A stretch of DNA of 44,245 nucleotides from Candidatus Nanopelagicaceae bacterium (GTDB taxonomy: Bacteria > Actinomycetota > Actinomycetes > Nanopelagicales > Nanopelagicaceae), in NCBI GenBank assembly GCA_036781605.1, contig DAIQAR010000004.1, positions 7,075 to 51,319 on the forward strand, in the 5' to 3' direction. Both the position numbers and the translations under genes were made by a program. Shown piece after piece: positions 19,278 through 29,369 of this stretch (position 1 is its first letter; every line of letters begins with the position of its first letter). The notes beneath the pieces were generated by a model, which did no database searches, was not told the origin of the DNA, and worked only from the letters and a program-made list of their open reading frames with translations.

Positions 19278-19724
19278 CTAGCCCTGCTTTCTTGCTGAGT
19301 CATCTGACAAACCGGTTGCGGAGGGTAATGGTAGCCCGATTCGAAGCTTAAGAAATGCACGTATCTCTCCTGCAAGCCACGCAGCAGTTATGCCGAGAGC
19401 CGCCACCGCAAAACTTGTTCTATCCACAGTTTCAGGAGCTGTCGCTTTTGAGACGATGAGCAATAAAGCGCCCATAACAAGAACCTTGGCAAAGTAAGAA
19501 AACATTGCAAGGCCCATCACAGCAATAGGATCAAGATTTTTAGAAAGAGCTGAAATAAGAAGATGTATCCCAAGAAAAATAACAACAGTTGCACTTGCAA
19601 TAAGTGCTCCCCAAAATCCAGAACGGTGACGGATGAGCGTTGCGCCAATAGTTGTAATTATCGCAACGGTTGATGCAGGAATTATCGCGCCTTTCCACAT
19701 CGTCATCGTCGGATCATTATTCAT
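19278..19724 (-). CDS. Integral membrane protein (ATP synthase protein I-like position)
   Basis: About 148 aa with four predicted TM helices. I place the start at the ATG at 19724 (MNNDPTMTMW...), which overlaps the wecA stop. The 192-aa ORF-track extension runs inside wecA and looks non-coding. Confidence 0.55.
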   Translation of the reverse strand: MNNDPTMTMWKGAIIPASTVAIITTIGATLIRHRSGFWGALIASATVVIFLGIHLLISALSKNLDPIAVMGLAMFSYFAKVLVMGALLLIVSKATAPETVDRTSFAVAALGITAAWLAGEIRAFLKLRIGLPLPSATGLSDDSARKQG

Positions 19725-20832
19725 AACTTGCCATCCCTTGCATTGCACGCATTGGAGTAGATCGAGTAATGCTTGCTCGCAGCTGCAGGAAGGATAATCC
19801 TGCAATAGCTGCGCCAAGCAAGAGCGCCATCCATAATGGTTCAAAACCTGCAACAACCGTTGGAAGAGCGAACATTGCTGTCCAGAGATACAAAATGATT
19901 ACTGCGTCGCGCTGCGAGCACCCCAAATCAAGCAAGCGATGATGCAGATGCTCACGGTCGGCAGCAAATGGTGAGCGACCCGCTCGAAGCCTTCTTGTAA
20001 TCGCCATAAGCAGATCGATGAAGGGTATGGCAAGGATCGTAAAAGGCAGGAGAAGTGGAATCAGGGTGGAGCGGGAGGACTGACCAGCAATAGCATTGAT
20101 ATCTATTTGCCCCGTTAAGGTAATTGCAGCAGCTGATAGCAAAAGCCCCAGAAGCATGGCGCCTGAATCTCCCATAAAGATCTTTGCTGGGTAATAGTTA
20201 TATGGCAGAAAGCCAACACACATACCTATTACTACAGCAGTAACAAGTGAAGGCGCACCAGCACGGTTAAAGCCATTTGTTACGGCCAGAATATAAGAGA
20301 AGGCAAAGAAGGCAATCGCACAGATTGCGACGATGCCGGTAGCGAGGCCATCTAGGCCATCGATGAAATTCACTGCATTAATGACAAGCATGACAAAGAC
20401 AACGGTGAGTACCTGGCCAATATTTGATGGAAGCGTATATATGCCGTTAATCGGCAGCCAAAGAATCTGAACACCGTGGAGAAGCAAGATTCCTCCGGCG
20501 AGTGCTTGCCCAGCAAATTTAGTGAGGGCATCTAAATCAAAACGATCATCAAGAGCGCCAAGCAACATTACAAAAGTCGCTGCTTCAAAAATTCCTGTCA
20601 GCTCTCTTCCAAATGCAGCGCCCGCTAACGGCAGGTGATCAACGATAAGAAAGGTGATCGCCATCGATGCCCACATACCAATGCCACCCCAGCGAGGTGT
20701 GATGGTTGTGTGAATGTCTCGCTCCCGAAGTTGACCAAAGGCTCCAGAGTGCATGGAGAGATTGCGAATAAGCGGAGTAATAAGAAAGCAAAATGCCGCA
20801 GCAAGTGCTGCAGAAATCAAGTACTCGCGCAT
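19717..20832 (-). CDS. wecA: Undecaprenyl-phosphate GlcNAc-1-phosphate transferase (MraY/WecA family)
   Basis: 371-aa polytopic protein with NAVNFIDGLDGLA and GDSGAMLLG motifs. GAGGTGA SD. Sits at the conserved position upstream of the atp operon, as rfe does in mycobacteria. Confidence 0.85.
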   Translation of the reverse strand: MREYLISAALAAAFCFLITPLIRNLSMHSGAFGQLRERDIHTTITPRWGGIGMWASMAITFLIVDHLPLAGAAFGRELTGIFEAATFVMLLGALDDRFDLDALTKFAGQALAGGILLLHGVQILWLPINGIYTLPSNIGQVLTVVFVMLVINAVNFIDGLDGLATGIVAICAIAFFAFSYILAVTNGFNRAGAPSLVTAVVIGMCVGFLPYNYYPAKIFMGDSGAMLLGLLLSAAAITLTGQIDINAIAGQSSRSTLIPLLLPFTILAIPFIDLLMAITRRLRAGRSPFAADREHLHHRLLDLGCSQRDAVIILYLWTAMFALPTVVAGFEPLWMALLLGAAIAGLSFLQLRASITRSTPMRAMQGMASYE

Positions 20833-20856
20833 AGACCAATCACCTCGTGGGTAATA

Positions 20857-22128
20857 CTAGCGAGGGTAAACAGGGAATTTTGCAGTCAGTGCACGCACAT
20901 CTTGCGAAATAGCCTGGGCCTTAGAAGGCTCACCGCCATCTTTAATCGCTCTTGCAATCAGTGATGCAATCTCTCTCATCTCAGGAGCGCCCATTCCTTG
21001 GGTTGTCGTTGCTGGTGACCCAACACGAATACCACTTGTCACAGCCGGTGATTCTGGATCATATGGAATTGCATTCTTGTTTAATGTAATTCCTGAAAGA
21101 CCACAACGCTCATCAGCAATTTTTCCATTAATACCTGTTGATCGAATATCAATAAGAGCAAGGTGAGTTTGTGTTCCACCAGATACCGCGCGCATTCCTT
21201 CTTCTTCAAGGCCCTTAGCGAGCACCTGGCAGTTAGAAATAACATCTTTGGCATACTTTTGGTAAGCAGGTGTTGCGCATTCCTTCAAAGCAACTGCTTT
21301 GCCTGCAACGGCGCTCATAATTGGACCGCCCTGCATTCCTGGGAAAATTGCCTTATCAATCGCAGCAGCATGCTCTGCCTTTGAAAGGATCATTCCACCA
21401 CGCGGACCGCGCAGAACTTTATGAGTGGTAAATGAAACTACGTCTGCATATGGGACAGGAGATGGGATTGCTTTGCCTGCCACTAGACCAATGAAGTGCG
21501 CCGCATCAACCCACATGATCGCACCGACTTCATCGCAGATCGCACGGACTTTTTCAAAGTCAATCAAACTTGGATAGGCCGTTGCACCTGAGCAAATCAT
21601 TCTTGGAGAATTCTTGAGAGCTAAATCCCGTAGCTCGTCATAATCGATGAGCTCATTATCTTGGCGCACGCCATAAGAAACGATATTGAACCACTTGCCT
21701 GAAAAGTTAACTTTTGAACCGTGTGTGAGATGGCCACCATGAGGCAATGACATTGCAAGGACGGTATCTCCTGGCTTTGTAAATGCTTGATACACCGCAA
21801 CGTTCGCACTCGCACCTGAATGGGGCTGCAAGTTTGCATGCTCCGCTCCGAAAAGTGACTTTGCGCGCTCAATACCGATTGCTTCGACTTTATCTACTTC
21901 TTCGCAACCGCCGTAGTAACGCTTGCCTGGATAACCCTCGGCATACTTATTAGAAAGCGTTGAACCAAGTGTTGCAAGCACTGCAGGTGATGTGAAGTTC
22001 TCACTTGCAATCAATTGAAGGTTATGGCGTTGGCGCTCTAACTCTGAAAGAAGTACCGCAGCAATATCTGGGTCTTGTTCTTGCAGCGCTGGGAAATCTG
22101 GGCCAAAGAAAGTATCTGATGTGGACAT
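20857..22128 (-). CDS. glyA: Serine hydroxymethyltransferase
   Basis: 423 aa with PLP-lysine motif TTHKVLRGPRGG; conserved throughout. Confidence 0.97.
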   Translation of the reverse strand: MSTSDTFFGPDFPALQEQDPDIAAVLLSELERQRHNLQLIASENFTSPAVLATLGSTLSNKYAEGYPGKRYYGGCEEVDKVEAIGIERAKSLFGAEHANLQPHSGASANVAVYQAFTKPGDTVLAMSLPHGGHLTHGSKVNFSGKWFNIVSYGVRQDNELIDYDELRDLALKNSPRMICSGATAYPSLIDFEKVRAICDEVGAIMWVDAAHFIGLVAGKAIPSPVPYADVVSFTTHKVLRGPRGGMILSKAEHAAAIDKAIFPGMQGGPIMSAVAGKAVALKECATPAYQKYAKDVISNCQVLAKGLEEEGMRAVSGGTQTHLALIDIRSTGINGKIADERCGLSGITLNKNAIPYDPESPAVTSGIRVGSPATTTQGMGAPEMREIASLIARAIKDGGEPSKAQAISQDVRALTAKFPVYPR

Positions 22129-22137
22129 GACCCAAGC

Positions 22138-22797
22138 CTATGCGCTGGATGCGGAAATATCAGGAATCACAGATTGAAGTTGGGCAAGTGAGATTGCTCC
22201 CACTCTTGTCACCTCTAAAGCGCTCTTTGCGCCGATCACAGACCTTCGAACAACTGTGGATAGCGGCCCAGCTGGAAGCAGACCTTCGTCGATCTCAACA
22301 GCGATATCGCTGCCGCCAACACAGTTATTGAGGGAAGCCAGCACGCCTTGCCCTGCGGGCGCTGCGCTTGCGACTGCAAGCGGGCCGCTCTGCTCTAATA
22401 GTTTTAGCAAAAACTGACTTGATGGAACACGAAGGGCGAATTCGGCAAGTGAGCCCGCATCCCCCAAATCCCAACTCAATGCCGGTTGTTGCATCAATTG
22501 CATGGTTAGCAATCCGGGCCAAAACTTATCTGCCAATTTTTGCCACTGCTCATCAAAATCTTGAGCAATCCCTGAGACGGATGAAGTATTCCCAACCATT
22601 ACTTGGCAAGCAGTCCGGGGTTGATCGCCTCTGAGCTGATGGATCGTTGCAACTGAACTCTGATTAAAAGCATCGCATGCATACATATATCCATGCTCGG
22701 CTGCCACAACAACTATTCCACCGCGCAAGATAGATATGAGTGCCCGGTCGATAGATCCTGCAAAGTTATGTGAGCCTAGAGAAATCTTCTCACCCAT
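22138..22797 (-). CDS. Sua5/YciO/YrdC-family protein (TsaC-like; catalytic motifs appear degenerate)
   Basis: 219 aa with family-typical FWPGLLT...WDLGD...LRVP...GPLAVAS segments. Occupies the conserved position upstream of glyA/wecA/atp. See the finding on motif loss. Confidence 0.7.
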   Translation of the reverse strand: MGEKISLGSHNFAGSIDRALISILRGGIVVVAAEHGYMYACDAFNQSSVATIHQLRGDQPRTACQVMVGNTSSVSGIAQDFDEQWQKLADKFWPGLLTMQLMQQPALSWDLGDAGSLAEFALRVPSSQFLLKLLEQSGPLAVASAAPAGQGVLASLNNCVGGSDIAVEIDEGLLPAGPLSTVVRRSVIGAKSALEVTRVGAISLAQLQSVIPDISASSA

Positions 22798-24245
22798 TAC
22801 AGCCTTACTTCCTTATGGACAATCGCCTCTACTTGTTGGGCAATATGTGCATCGACCATCGCATGTATAGAAGTGCCAAATTCTGAATATGTTTCAGAAA
22901 GTACCTCTCCACGTTCATGAATAGCGGAGACAAGATCTCCTCTATTGAAAGGAATCACTGCCTTGATCTCTACCCGCGGTCTTGGCAGAGACGTTTCAAT
23001 AGCTTTAAGTAAAGTATCATGACCAAAACCAGTACGGGCAGAGAAGGCAAATGAATTGCTCTCTTCTCGCAAGAGTTGCATCAGCACTTCAGGCAGAGCG
23101 ATATCTGCCTTATTGATTGCAATAATCTCTGGGATATCTCCCCCGCCAATATCGTTAATCACTTGGCGCACAGCGCGAATCTGCTCGCGTGGATCTGGAT
23201 GAGATCCATCAACCACATGCACAATGAGATCAGCGCCCGATACTTCTTCAAGAGTCGATTTAAATGCTTCAACAAGTTGATGAGGAAGGTGCCTCACAAA
23301 GCCCACTGTGTCTGAAAGAGTATAAATTCGGCCATCAGAGGCGGTAACTCTGCGCACAGTGGGGTCAAGTGTTGCAAAGAGTGCGTTCTCAACAAGTACA
23401 CCTGCTCCTGTGAGCTTATTCATCAGCGAGGATTTACCAGCGTTCGTATAGCCAGCAATGGCAACAGAGGGAACGTTGTGACGATTGCGCTCTTGGCGCT
23501 TTGTATCTCTGGCAACCTTCATCTCTTTAATTTCATTACGAAGCTTTGCCATCTTGTCATTGATACGTCGGCGATCGGTTTCAATCTTTGTTTCACCCGG
23601 TCCGCGCCCACCAATTCCACCTGCTTGGCGAGAGAGAGAATCACCCCAACCACGAAGACGTGGCAACATATAACTCATCTGCGCCAATTCAACTTGGGCT
23701 TTACCTTCACGAGATTTCGCATGTTGAGCAAAGATGTCCAATATCAAGGCAGTGCGGTCAATTACTTTTACCTTGAGTTTTGATTCAAGAGTACGAAGTT
23801 GGGCTGGTGAAAGCTCACCATCACAAATGACAGTATCGGCGCCCGTTGATATTACCGCTTGCTTTACATCGGCAACTTTTCCAGAGCCAATATATGTTGA
23901 TGGGTCCGGCTTATCTCTGCGCTGCACAAAGCCATCCATCACTTCTGATCCTGCTGTTTCAGCAAGCGCAGCCAACTCTTTCATCGAGTTTTCGACGTCT
24001 ATTGAAGTTCCATCAATCCAAACGCCAACCAAGATAACTTTCTCCAAACGTAACTGGCGGTATTCGGCGTCGCTGACATCTTGAAGTTCTGTTGAAAGCC
24101 CTGATACGCGCCGTAGTGCCTGGCGATCCTGCAAATCTTGTTGACCAGATTCATCAAATTCAGATGCGTCAAAATCAGCAGCAGCCTTCGCTGTTTCGCG
24201 AAGCAGCTGCTCAATATCAATATCTAGCGGATCTTGATCGCTCAA
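22797..24245 (-). CDS. hflX: GTPase HflX
   Basis: G1 GYTNAGKSSL, G3 DTVGF, G4 NKAD, plus the HflX N-terminal domain. The TTG start overlaps the dapF stop. Confidence 0.93.
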   Translation of the reverse strand: MSDQDPLDIDIEQLLRETAKAAADFDASEFDESGQQDLQDRQALRRVSGLSTELQDVSDAEYRQLRLEKVILVGVWIDGTSIDVENSMKELAALAETAGSEVMDGFVQRRDKPDPSTYIGSGKVADVKQAVISTGADTVICDGELSPAQLRTLESKLKVKVIDRTALILDIFAQHAKSREGKAQVELAQMSYMLPRLRGWGDSLSRQAGGIGGRGPGETKIETDRRRINDKMAKLRNEIKEMKVARDTKRQERNRHNVPSVAIAGYTNAGKSSLMNKLTGAGVLVENALFATLDPTVRRVTASDGRIYTLSDTVGFVRHLPHQLVEAFKSTLEEVSGADLIVHVVDGSHPDPREQIRAVRQVINDIGGGDIPEIIAINKADIALPEVLMQLLREESNSFAFSARTGFGHDTLLKAIETSLPRPRVEIKAVIPFNRGDLVSAIHERGEVLSETYSEFGTSIHAMVDAHIAQQVEAIVHKEVRL

Positions 24246-25027
24246 AGGTATTTGTCCAATTCATAATCGCCGATAAGCACTGCTGGACCTATCAAAGTGG
24301 CATTGTTATGAGCATCTGTATCAACAACGAGTCTGCCTCCAGGTGGATGAATGACCCAACGTGATGGAAGCTTGTCGCCTTTTTTGATCGTTGCTGCAAG
24401 TGCTACTGCGCAAGTTCCTGTCCCACATGAGCGGGTCTCTCCTACCCCACGTTCATGAACACGCATTGCTAGCTCTCCGTTATCTAAAAACTTTACGAAC
24501 TCAACATTGACGCCATCTGGATAGTCGCCCTCTACTTCAGGTGCCTGCTTCAGATCTCCGATTGCATCTAGGTCATCAACAAAGACAACGGCATGTGGAT
24601 TGCCAACATCAATATGCATACCAGCCCAAGTTTGATTGCCGACTGTGACAGTGACATCATCGTAAACTTCTTGAACACCACCCATATTCACAGAGATATC
24701 TTCAGTTGCCGGCACTGCCAGGTATTTCATTCCGTCACGAGTGTTAATTGGAAAAATTCCTTCTTTTTCATGTCCTTTGGCGACAAGGTATCTAGCCATC
24801 ACTCGAATGCCGTTGCCGCACATTTCGGCAATTGATCCATCTTGGTTTCGATAATCCATAAACCACTTACCATCGCGCTTGCCAATGCGAATTAAGCCAT
24901 CAGAGCCAATTCCGTTTTCTCTGTTACAAATTCTTGCAACCTGCTCAGCAGAGATTTCAATGGTGTTCTCTGGGTCATAAATCAACACAAAATCATTCTC
25001 TGTGCCATGTCCGTATGTCCCAATCAT
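24242..25027 (-). CDS. dapF: Diaminopimelate epimerase
   Basis: GTENDFV, and both catalytic Cys motifs (MCGNGIR and SCGTGTCA). Confidence 0.9.
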   Translation of the reverse strand: MIGTYGHGTENDFVLIYDPENTIEISAEQVARICNRENGIGSDGLIRIGKRDGKWFMDYRNQDGSIAEMCGNGIRVMARYLVAKGHEKEGIFPINTRDGMKYLAVPATEDISVNMGGVQEVYDDVTVTVGNQTWAGMHIDVGNPHAVVFVDDLDAIGDLKQAPEVEGDYPDGVNVEFVKFLDNGELAMRVHERGVGETRSCGTGTCAVALAATIKKGDKLPSRWVIHPPGGRLVVDTDAHNNATLIGPAVLIGDYELDKYL

Positions 25028-25926
25028 GCTTTGAGGATACTGCTTTCAATAACGGCTAGGCGGTCTGAATCCACAGCCACCCACTTAATACGCGGATCAC
25101 GTGAGAACCATGTCTCTTGTCTGCGGGCATACTGACGCGTTGCTCGCTTGGTTTCCTCTTTGGCCTCTGCCTCAGAGATCAAACCTTCTTTCATGGCGAT
25201 GATCTGTGAGTAACCAAGAGCAGCCCTAGCAGTCTTACCTTCCATGAGTCCTTGATCGATGAGTGATTCAACCTCATCAACAAATCCCTTACTCCACATT
25301 CCTTCAACGCGGCTATCAATGCGCACATCAAGTTTTTCCCGGTCAAGAACTAATCCAAACTGCTGTGCTTGTGGGTATTTCGTTGAATTCTCGCGTGGCA
25401 AATTTGCCGTGAATGGTCTTCCAGTAATCTCAATAACTTCAAGCGCCCTGACAACTCTTCGAACATTTTCCTTAGGTATAGCTGCAGCTGCGGCAGGATC
25501 AAGTGATGAAAGCCTCTTATGCATGGCATCTGCGCCAATTCGCTCTGCTTGCTCTGTGAGCTTGAGGCGAACATCAGGGTCTGTCTCAGGAAAATTAAGA
25601 TCATCGAGAATAGCTTTAATATAAAAACCAGTGCCCCCAACAATGATTGTTGGGATCCCCGCTGCTAGTAACTCATCAATTTTCATTCTTGCAATTTCTT
25701 GATACCACGCAACAGTGACGTCTGTTTTCACATCAACAACATCAAGGAGATGATGATTAATTCCCTTGCGTTCATTGATCGCTAACTTTGCTGTCCCAAT
25801 GTCCATGCCTTTATAGACTTGCATTGAGTCAGCATTAACAATTTGCCCGCCAAGTTTCTGGGCAAGATCAACTGCAATCTCACTTTTCCCTGTTGCTGTT
25901 GCACCTGCAATAACAATGAGCGTCAT
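25024..25926 (-). CDS. miaA: tRNA dimethylallyltransferase
   Basis: P-loop GATATGKS; MiaA pattern ([21 protein letters not shown]). Confidence 0.93.
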   Translation of the reverse strand: MTLIVIAGATATGKSEIAVDLAQKLGGQIVNADSMQVYKGMDIGTAKLAINERKGINHHLLDVVDVKTDVTVAWYQEIARMKIDELLAAGIPTIIVGGTGFYIKAILDDLNFPETDPDVRLKLTEQAERIGADAMHKRLSSLDPAAAAAIPKENVRRVVRALEVIEITGRPFTANLPRENSTKYPQAQQFGLVLDREKLDVRIDSRVEGMWSKGFVDEVESLIDQGLMEGKTARAALGYSQIIAMKEGLISEAEAKEETKRATRQYARRQETWFSRDPRIKWVAVDSDRLAVIESSILKA

Positions 25927-27356
25927 AGAGTTTTAAGTAATTTCAAGGAAGGCATTCCAACCATGATGGGCTCTGGTCCAACTTCTTGAAGCCGAAGATC
26001 ATGAGCATCTCCACCTCTAGTCTTTCTCACACTTTCAATACTTCCCACCATGAAGTTTGGAGTTGCTGAATCAATTCTGACGGTTGCAATATCACCAGGT
26101 CTTGCGTCATCGCTTTCAAAGTGAACAAGTCTAAAATCAGGTGTACGGCCATTAAGTCTTGCTCGCTTTGAATCATGGCGACCCTCATGATCACTCACAA
26201 GTACTTCATAGCTCTTACCGATCGAAGCAGTATTAATTTCGCCAGAAATTTCTTGTTGAAGAGCATGCAGAGCCTTATAACGCTCGGCCATCACATCATC
26301 TGGGATTTGATCTGGCATCGTTGCAGCAGGCGTTCCAGGGCGCTTGGAGTACTGGAAGGTATAAGCCGCGGTAAAGCGCGCTTGGCGCACAATATCTAAA
26401 GTGTCTTGGAAATCTTGATCGGTTTCACCAGGAAATCCCACGATGATGTCTGTTGTTATTCCTGCATCTGGCATCGATGCGCGAACCTTCTCAATGATCC
26501 CCATATAACGATCACGTCGATATGAGCGACGCATCGCTTGCAAAATTTGATCTGATCCAGATTGCAGCGGCATATGAAGGTGCGGCATGACATGAGGTGT
26601 ACTAGCCATAGCGTCAATAACATCATCAGTGAAATCTCGTGGGTGAGGCGACATGAAGCGAATACGCTCTAAGCCATCTACCTTTCCACATTCTTCAAGT
26701 AACTTGGCAAATGCGCCCCTGTCACCAAAATCAACTCCATAAGCATTGACGTTCTGCCCAAGCAAAGTAACTTCAACAACTCCTTGAGCGGCTACCGCTC
26801 GTACTTCATTTAATATCTCATCTGCTGGGCGATCTTTCTCAATTCCTCGAAGAGAAGGCACAATGCAAAATGTGCAGGTGTTATTACATCCCACTGAGAC
26901 TGAAACCCATGCGCTAAATGCTGAATGTCTGCGCACAGGCAAAGTGGAGGGAAAATGTTCGAGTGATTCTTTGATCTCAACCTGTGACTCTTCTTCAATG
27001 CGAGCACGCTCTAAGAGGGCAGGAAGTGAACCAAGGTTGTGTGTACCAAATACAACGTCGACATATGGAGCTCTTTTGATTATTGAATCTTGATCTTTTT
27101 GAGCCATGCATCCGCCCACAGCAATCTGAAAACCTGGGTGGGACTTCTTTAATGGAGCAAGGAATGAAAGATTTCCATAGAGCTTGTTATCTGCATTCTC
27201 TCGAACTGCGCACGTATTAAAGACAACGAGGTCAGGTTGTGATTCTTCAAGTGCAGGAACATAACCAGCATTGAGCAGAAGCCCTGTGATTCTCTCTGAA
27301 TCGTGCACATTCATCTGACAGCCATAGGTCTCTACGACAAAGGTGCGCTGGGTCAT
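25923..27356 (-). CDS. miaB: tRNA (N6-isopentenyl-A37) methylthiotransferase
   Basis: UPF0004 N-terminal domain (ETYGCQMN), radical-SAM CNNTCTFC, C-terminal TRAM domain. Confidence 0.95.
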   Translation of the reverse strand: MTQRTFVVETYGCQMNVHDSERITGLLLNAGYVPALEESQPDLVVFNTCAVRENADNKLYGNLSFLAPLKKSHPGFQIAVGGCMAQKDQDSIIKRAPYVDVVFGTHNLGSLPALLERARIEEESQVEIKESLEHFPSTLPVRRHSAFSAWVSVSVGCNNTCTFCIVPSLRGIEKDRPADEILNEVRAVAAQGVVEVTLLGQNVNAYGVDFGDRGAFAKLLEECGKVDGLERIRFMSPHPRDFTDDVIDAMASTPHVMPHLHMPLQSGSDQILQAMRRSYRRDRYMGIIEKVRASMPDAGITTDIIVGFPGETDQDFQDTLDIVRQARFTAAYTFQYSKRPGTPAATMPDQIPDDVMAERYKALHALQQEISGEINTASIGKSYEVLVSDHEGRHDSKRARLNGRTPDFRLVHFESDDARPGDIATVRIDSATPNFMVGSIESVRKTRGGDAHDLRLQEVGPEPIMVGMPSLKLLKTL

Positions 27357-27375
27357 TACCCAATCTTAGAAGACT

Positions 27376-27861
27376 TTAGGAAGCGAGAAGTTCTCGCATA
27401 ATCTGCTGGGTTATGGAATGGCTGAAGCCTTTACGGGCCAAAACAGAGTGAACTCTGCGATAAACGACCTCAGAATCAAGGTGGGAACATGAGCGAAACT
27501 TACGCTCGGCTAATTCAAAAGCCATCTGATATTCAAGATCTTCATCGACCTCATCAATCACTTCATCAATGATGTCTTGGGAGACGCCTTTGGTGCGCAG
27601 CTCCTGAGCAATTGTTCGCTTGCTCAGTTTCTTCTGCCGTTGGCGAGACTCCGTCCAAATCTTTGCGAATTCAAGATCGTTGAGAAGCCCTTGTAATTCC
27701 AAACTGTCTAAAACAGAGGCTGCGGTTTCATTCTCGCAGCCTCGTTTTACTAAGTGTGCGTGCAGCTCAGCCCTACTCTTTGCGCGGGGGGCCAATGCGT
27801 ACAGAGCAATGGTCATCGCATCAGAGTAGGGATCAGCCGCTACTTCTTGGTTCTTTTTCAA
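27376..27861 (-). CDS. recX: Recombination regulator RecX
   Basis: 161-aa helical-repeat protein lying 3 nt downstream of recA; RecX-like repeats. Confidence 0.85.
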   Translation of the reverse strand: MKKNQEVAADPYSDAMTIALYALAPRAKSRAELHAHLVKRGCENETAASVLDSLELQGLLNDLEFAKIWTESRQRQKKLSKRTIAQELRTKGVSQDIIDEVIDEVDEDLEYQMAFELAERKFRSCSHLDSEVVYRRVHSVLARKGFSHSITQQIMRELLAS

Positions 27862-27864
27862 GAT

Positions 27865-28947
27865 TTAGAAATCAACCTCGGCAGTTGCTTCATCAATCGC
27901 TGCTACCAGCTCAGGATCAATTGCTACTGGAACATAATGTTCGCGGATCTTTGTCTCGATCTCATTGGCAAGATCAGGATTATCGATCAAGAACGAACGT
28001 GAGTTCTCTTTACCTTGGCCAAGTTGGTCACCTTCATAGGTATACCAAGCACCTGACTTCTTTACGACGCCTACCTCAACGCCAAGGTCAATGAGTGAAC
28101 CTTCGCGTGAAATTCCCGTGCCGTAAATAATGTCGAATTCTGCTTGCTTGAATGGTGGAGCCATCTTGTTCTTCACGACTTTGACGCGAGTACGGTTTCC
28201 AACCGCATCTTGCCCATCTTTAAGGGTTTCAATTCTGCGCACATCCATGCGGATGGATGCATAGAACTTGAGCGCCTTACCACCGGTTGTAGTCTCCGGT
28301 GTTCCAAAGAAGACACCGATCTTCTCGCGAAGCTGGTTAATAAAGATTGCTGTTGTATTTGACTGGTGAAGTGCACCTGTAATTTTACGAAGAGCTTGAG
28401 ACATCAAACGAGCTTGCAAGCCCATATGAGAATCTCCCATTTCACCTTCAATTTCAGCCCTTGGAACAAGCGCCGCAACTGAGTCAACAACGATGATGTC
28501 CAGAGCGCCTGAGCGAATCAACATATCCATGATCTCAAGTGCTTGCTCACCGGTATCTGGCTGTGAAACAAGCAGTGCGTCGATATCAACGCCAAGCTTT
28601 CTTGCATACTCTGGATCAAGTGCGTGCTCAGCATCGATGAATGCGGCGATGCCGCCATTCTTTTGAGCATTTGCAATTGCGTGGAGAGCAACTGTTGTTT
28701 TACCTGAAGATTCAGGTCCATAAATTTCAACGATTCGGCCTCGTGGCAATCCCCCGATACCAAGTGCGATATCAAGTGCGATAGAACCAGTTGGAATAAT
28801 CTCCATTACTTGTGGGCCACGATCGCCCATCTTCATAACTGATCCCTTTCCGAACTGACGCTCGATCTGGGCTAGGGCTGTATCTAGGGCTTTGTCGCGA
28901 TCTAATGACTGTTTTTCAGAAGCTTTATCAGCTTTTTCTGAAGCCAT
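27865..28947 (-). CDS. recA: Recombinase RecA
   Basis: Walker [10 protein letters not shown]; FIDAEHALD; no intein; 360 aa. Confidence 0.98.
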   Translation of the reverse strand: MASEKADKASEKQSLDRDKALDTALAQIERQFGKGSVMKMGDRGPQVMEIIPTGSIALDIALGIGGLPRGRIVEIYGPESSGKTTVALHAIANAQKNGGIAAFIDAEHALDPEYARKLGVDIDALLVSQPDTGEQALEIMDMLIRSGALDIIVVDSVAALVPRAEIEGEMGDSHMGLQARLMSQALRKITGALHQSNTTAIFINQLREKIGVFFGTPETTTGGKALKFYASIRMDVRRIETLKDGQDAVGNRTRVKVVKNKMAPPFKQAEFDIIYGTGISREGSLIDLGVEVGVVKKSGAWYTYEGDQLGQGKENSRSFLIDNPDLANEIETKIREHYVPVAIDPELVAAIDEATAEVDF

Positions 28948-29072
28948 ATTTTTTACTACCTTTCATTTCATAACTCAGATGAGTTCAGTACGGTCCAGAA
29001 GGTACGGAATACCACTGACGGCGGCAGGTGAACTGACGCGGAACTGTGGAACCGCTCTGGTTGGGCATAACT

Positions 29073-29078
29073 AGTTTA
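29073..29078 (-). promoter_or_regulatory. Candidate recA -10 hexamer TAAACT abutting the SOS box
   Basis: Minus strand reads TCGAACAGATGTTCGG-TAAACT. It fits TAnnnT and predicts a 5' UTR of roughly 120 nt. Confidence 0.4.
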
Positions 29079-29094
29079 CCGAACATCTGTTCGA
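29079..29094 (-). promoter_or_regulatory. LexA operator (SOS/Cheo box) upstream of recA
   Basis: Minus strand TCGAACAGATGTTCGG contains the perfect palindrome CGAAC-N4-GTTCG. It matches the Gram-positive/mycobacterial consensus TCGAAC-N4-GTTCGA at 15 of 16 positions. Confidence 0.7.
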
Positions 29095-29126
29095 AGAGCC
29101 ATATTGAGGCTCCGACACGCCAGGAC

Positions 29127-29318
29127 CTAGCGCAGGCGCTCTGGCATCTCCGGGTTGTGGGCCACGATCGCCCTCCAGATCTGACCTATCTCCATGTCAC
29201 TATCCAGGGCCTGGTTAACGGTCTTGCCGCCCAGCTCTGCGTGAACGATGTCACGTGCATAAGTATCAGAATCACTGAAATACTCAGCCATCCGCGAGCG
29301 CAGTTCGGTGATTCGCAT
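29127..29318 (-). CDS. DUF3046 domain protein (conserved recA-upstream gene of Actinobacteria)
   Basis: 63 aa, MRITELRSRMAEYF...IWRAIV...PERLR. Its size, sequence character and position directly upstream of recA match the DUF3046 family. Confidence 0.7.
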   Translation of the reverse strand: MRITELRSRMAEYFSDSDTYARDIVHAELGGKTVNQALDSDMEIGQIWRAIVAHNPEMPERLR

Positions 29319-29369
29319 GAGCTAAGTATTACCTATGAAGGTTTTATTTGATGTTTAAAGGGGAAATGC

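Noticed and set aside
19725-19856. N-terminal 44-codon extension of the membrane-protein ORF 19278-19856, overlapping wecA by 140 nt.
   Set aside because: The extension (MLQVLNHYGWRSCLAQLLQDYPSCSCEQ...) is Cys-rich and non-membrane-like, and it lies inside the wecA coding frame. The internal ATG at 19724 gives a clean overlap with the wecA stop.
22129-22145. TAGGCT-N5-ATG upstream of glyA, resembling the leaderless geometry.
   Set aside because: The hexamer overlaps the stop codon of the upstream co-directional gene, only 9 nt away. Co-transcription is the simpler explanation and the spacing differs from the N6 pattern.
28985-29068. 27-codon ORF (MPNQSGSTVPRQFTCRRQWYSVPSGPY) in the recA leader that could be a leaderless uORF.
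   Set aside because: Its ATG is only 4 nt from the putative -10, so the transcription start would probably fall at or after the ATG. There is no SD and the peptide looks random. It would need ribosome profiling to revive.
29110-29117. TGTCGGAG (minus strand) upstream of the SOS box, resembling the -35-like half of the mycobacterial RecA-NDp/PafBC motif (TGTCGGTG-N8-TAnnnT).
   Set aside because: No TAnnnT hexamer occurs at the required 8-nt spacing (the sequence there is TGGCTC). The nearest TA-hexamer, TATGGC, is 2 nt too close and ends in C. This is only a half-match and could easily be chance.
29046-29351. 101-aa plus-strand ORF spanning the recA upstream region and the DUF3046 gene.
   Set aside because: It is antisense to the conserved DUF3046 CDS and runs through the SOS box and promoter. 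It has no family resemblance and no SD.
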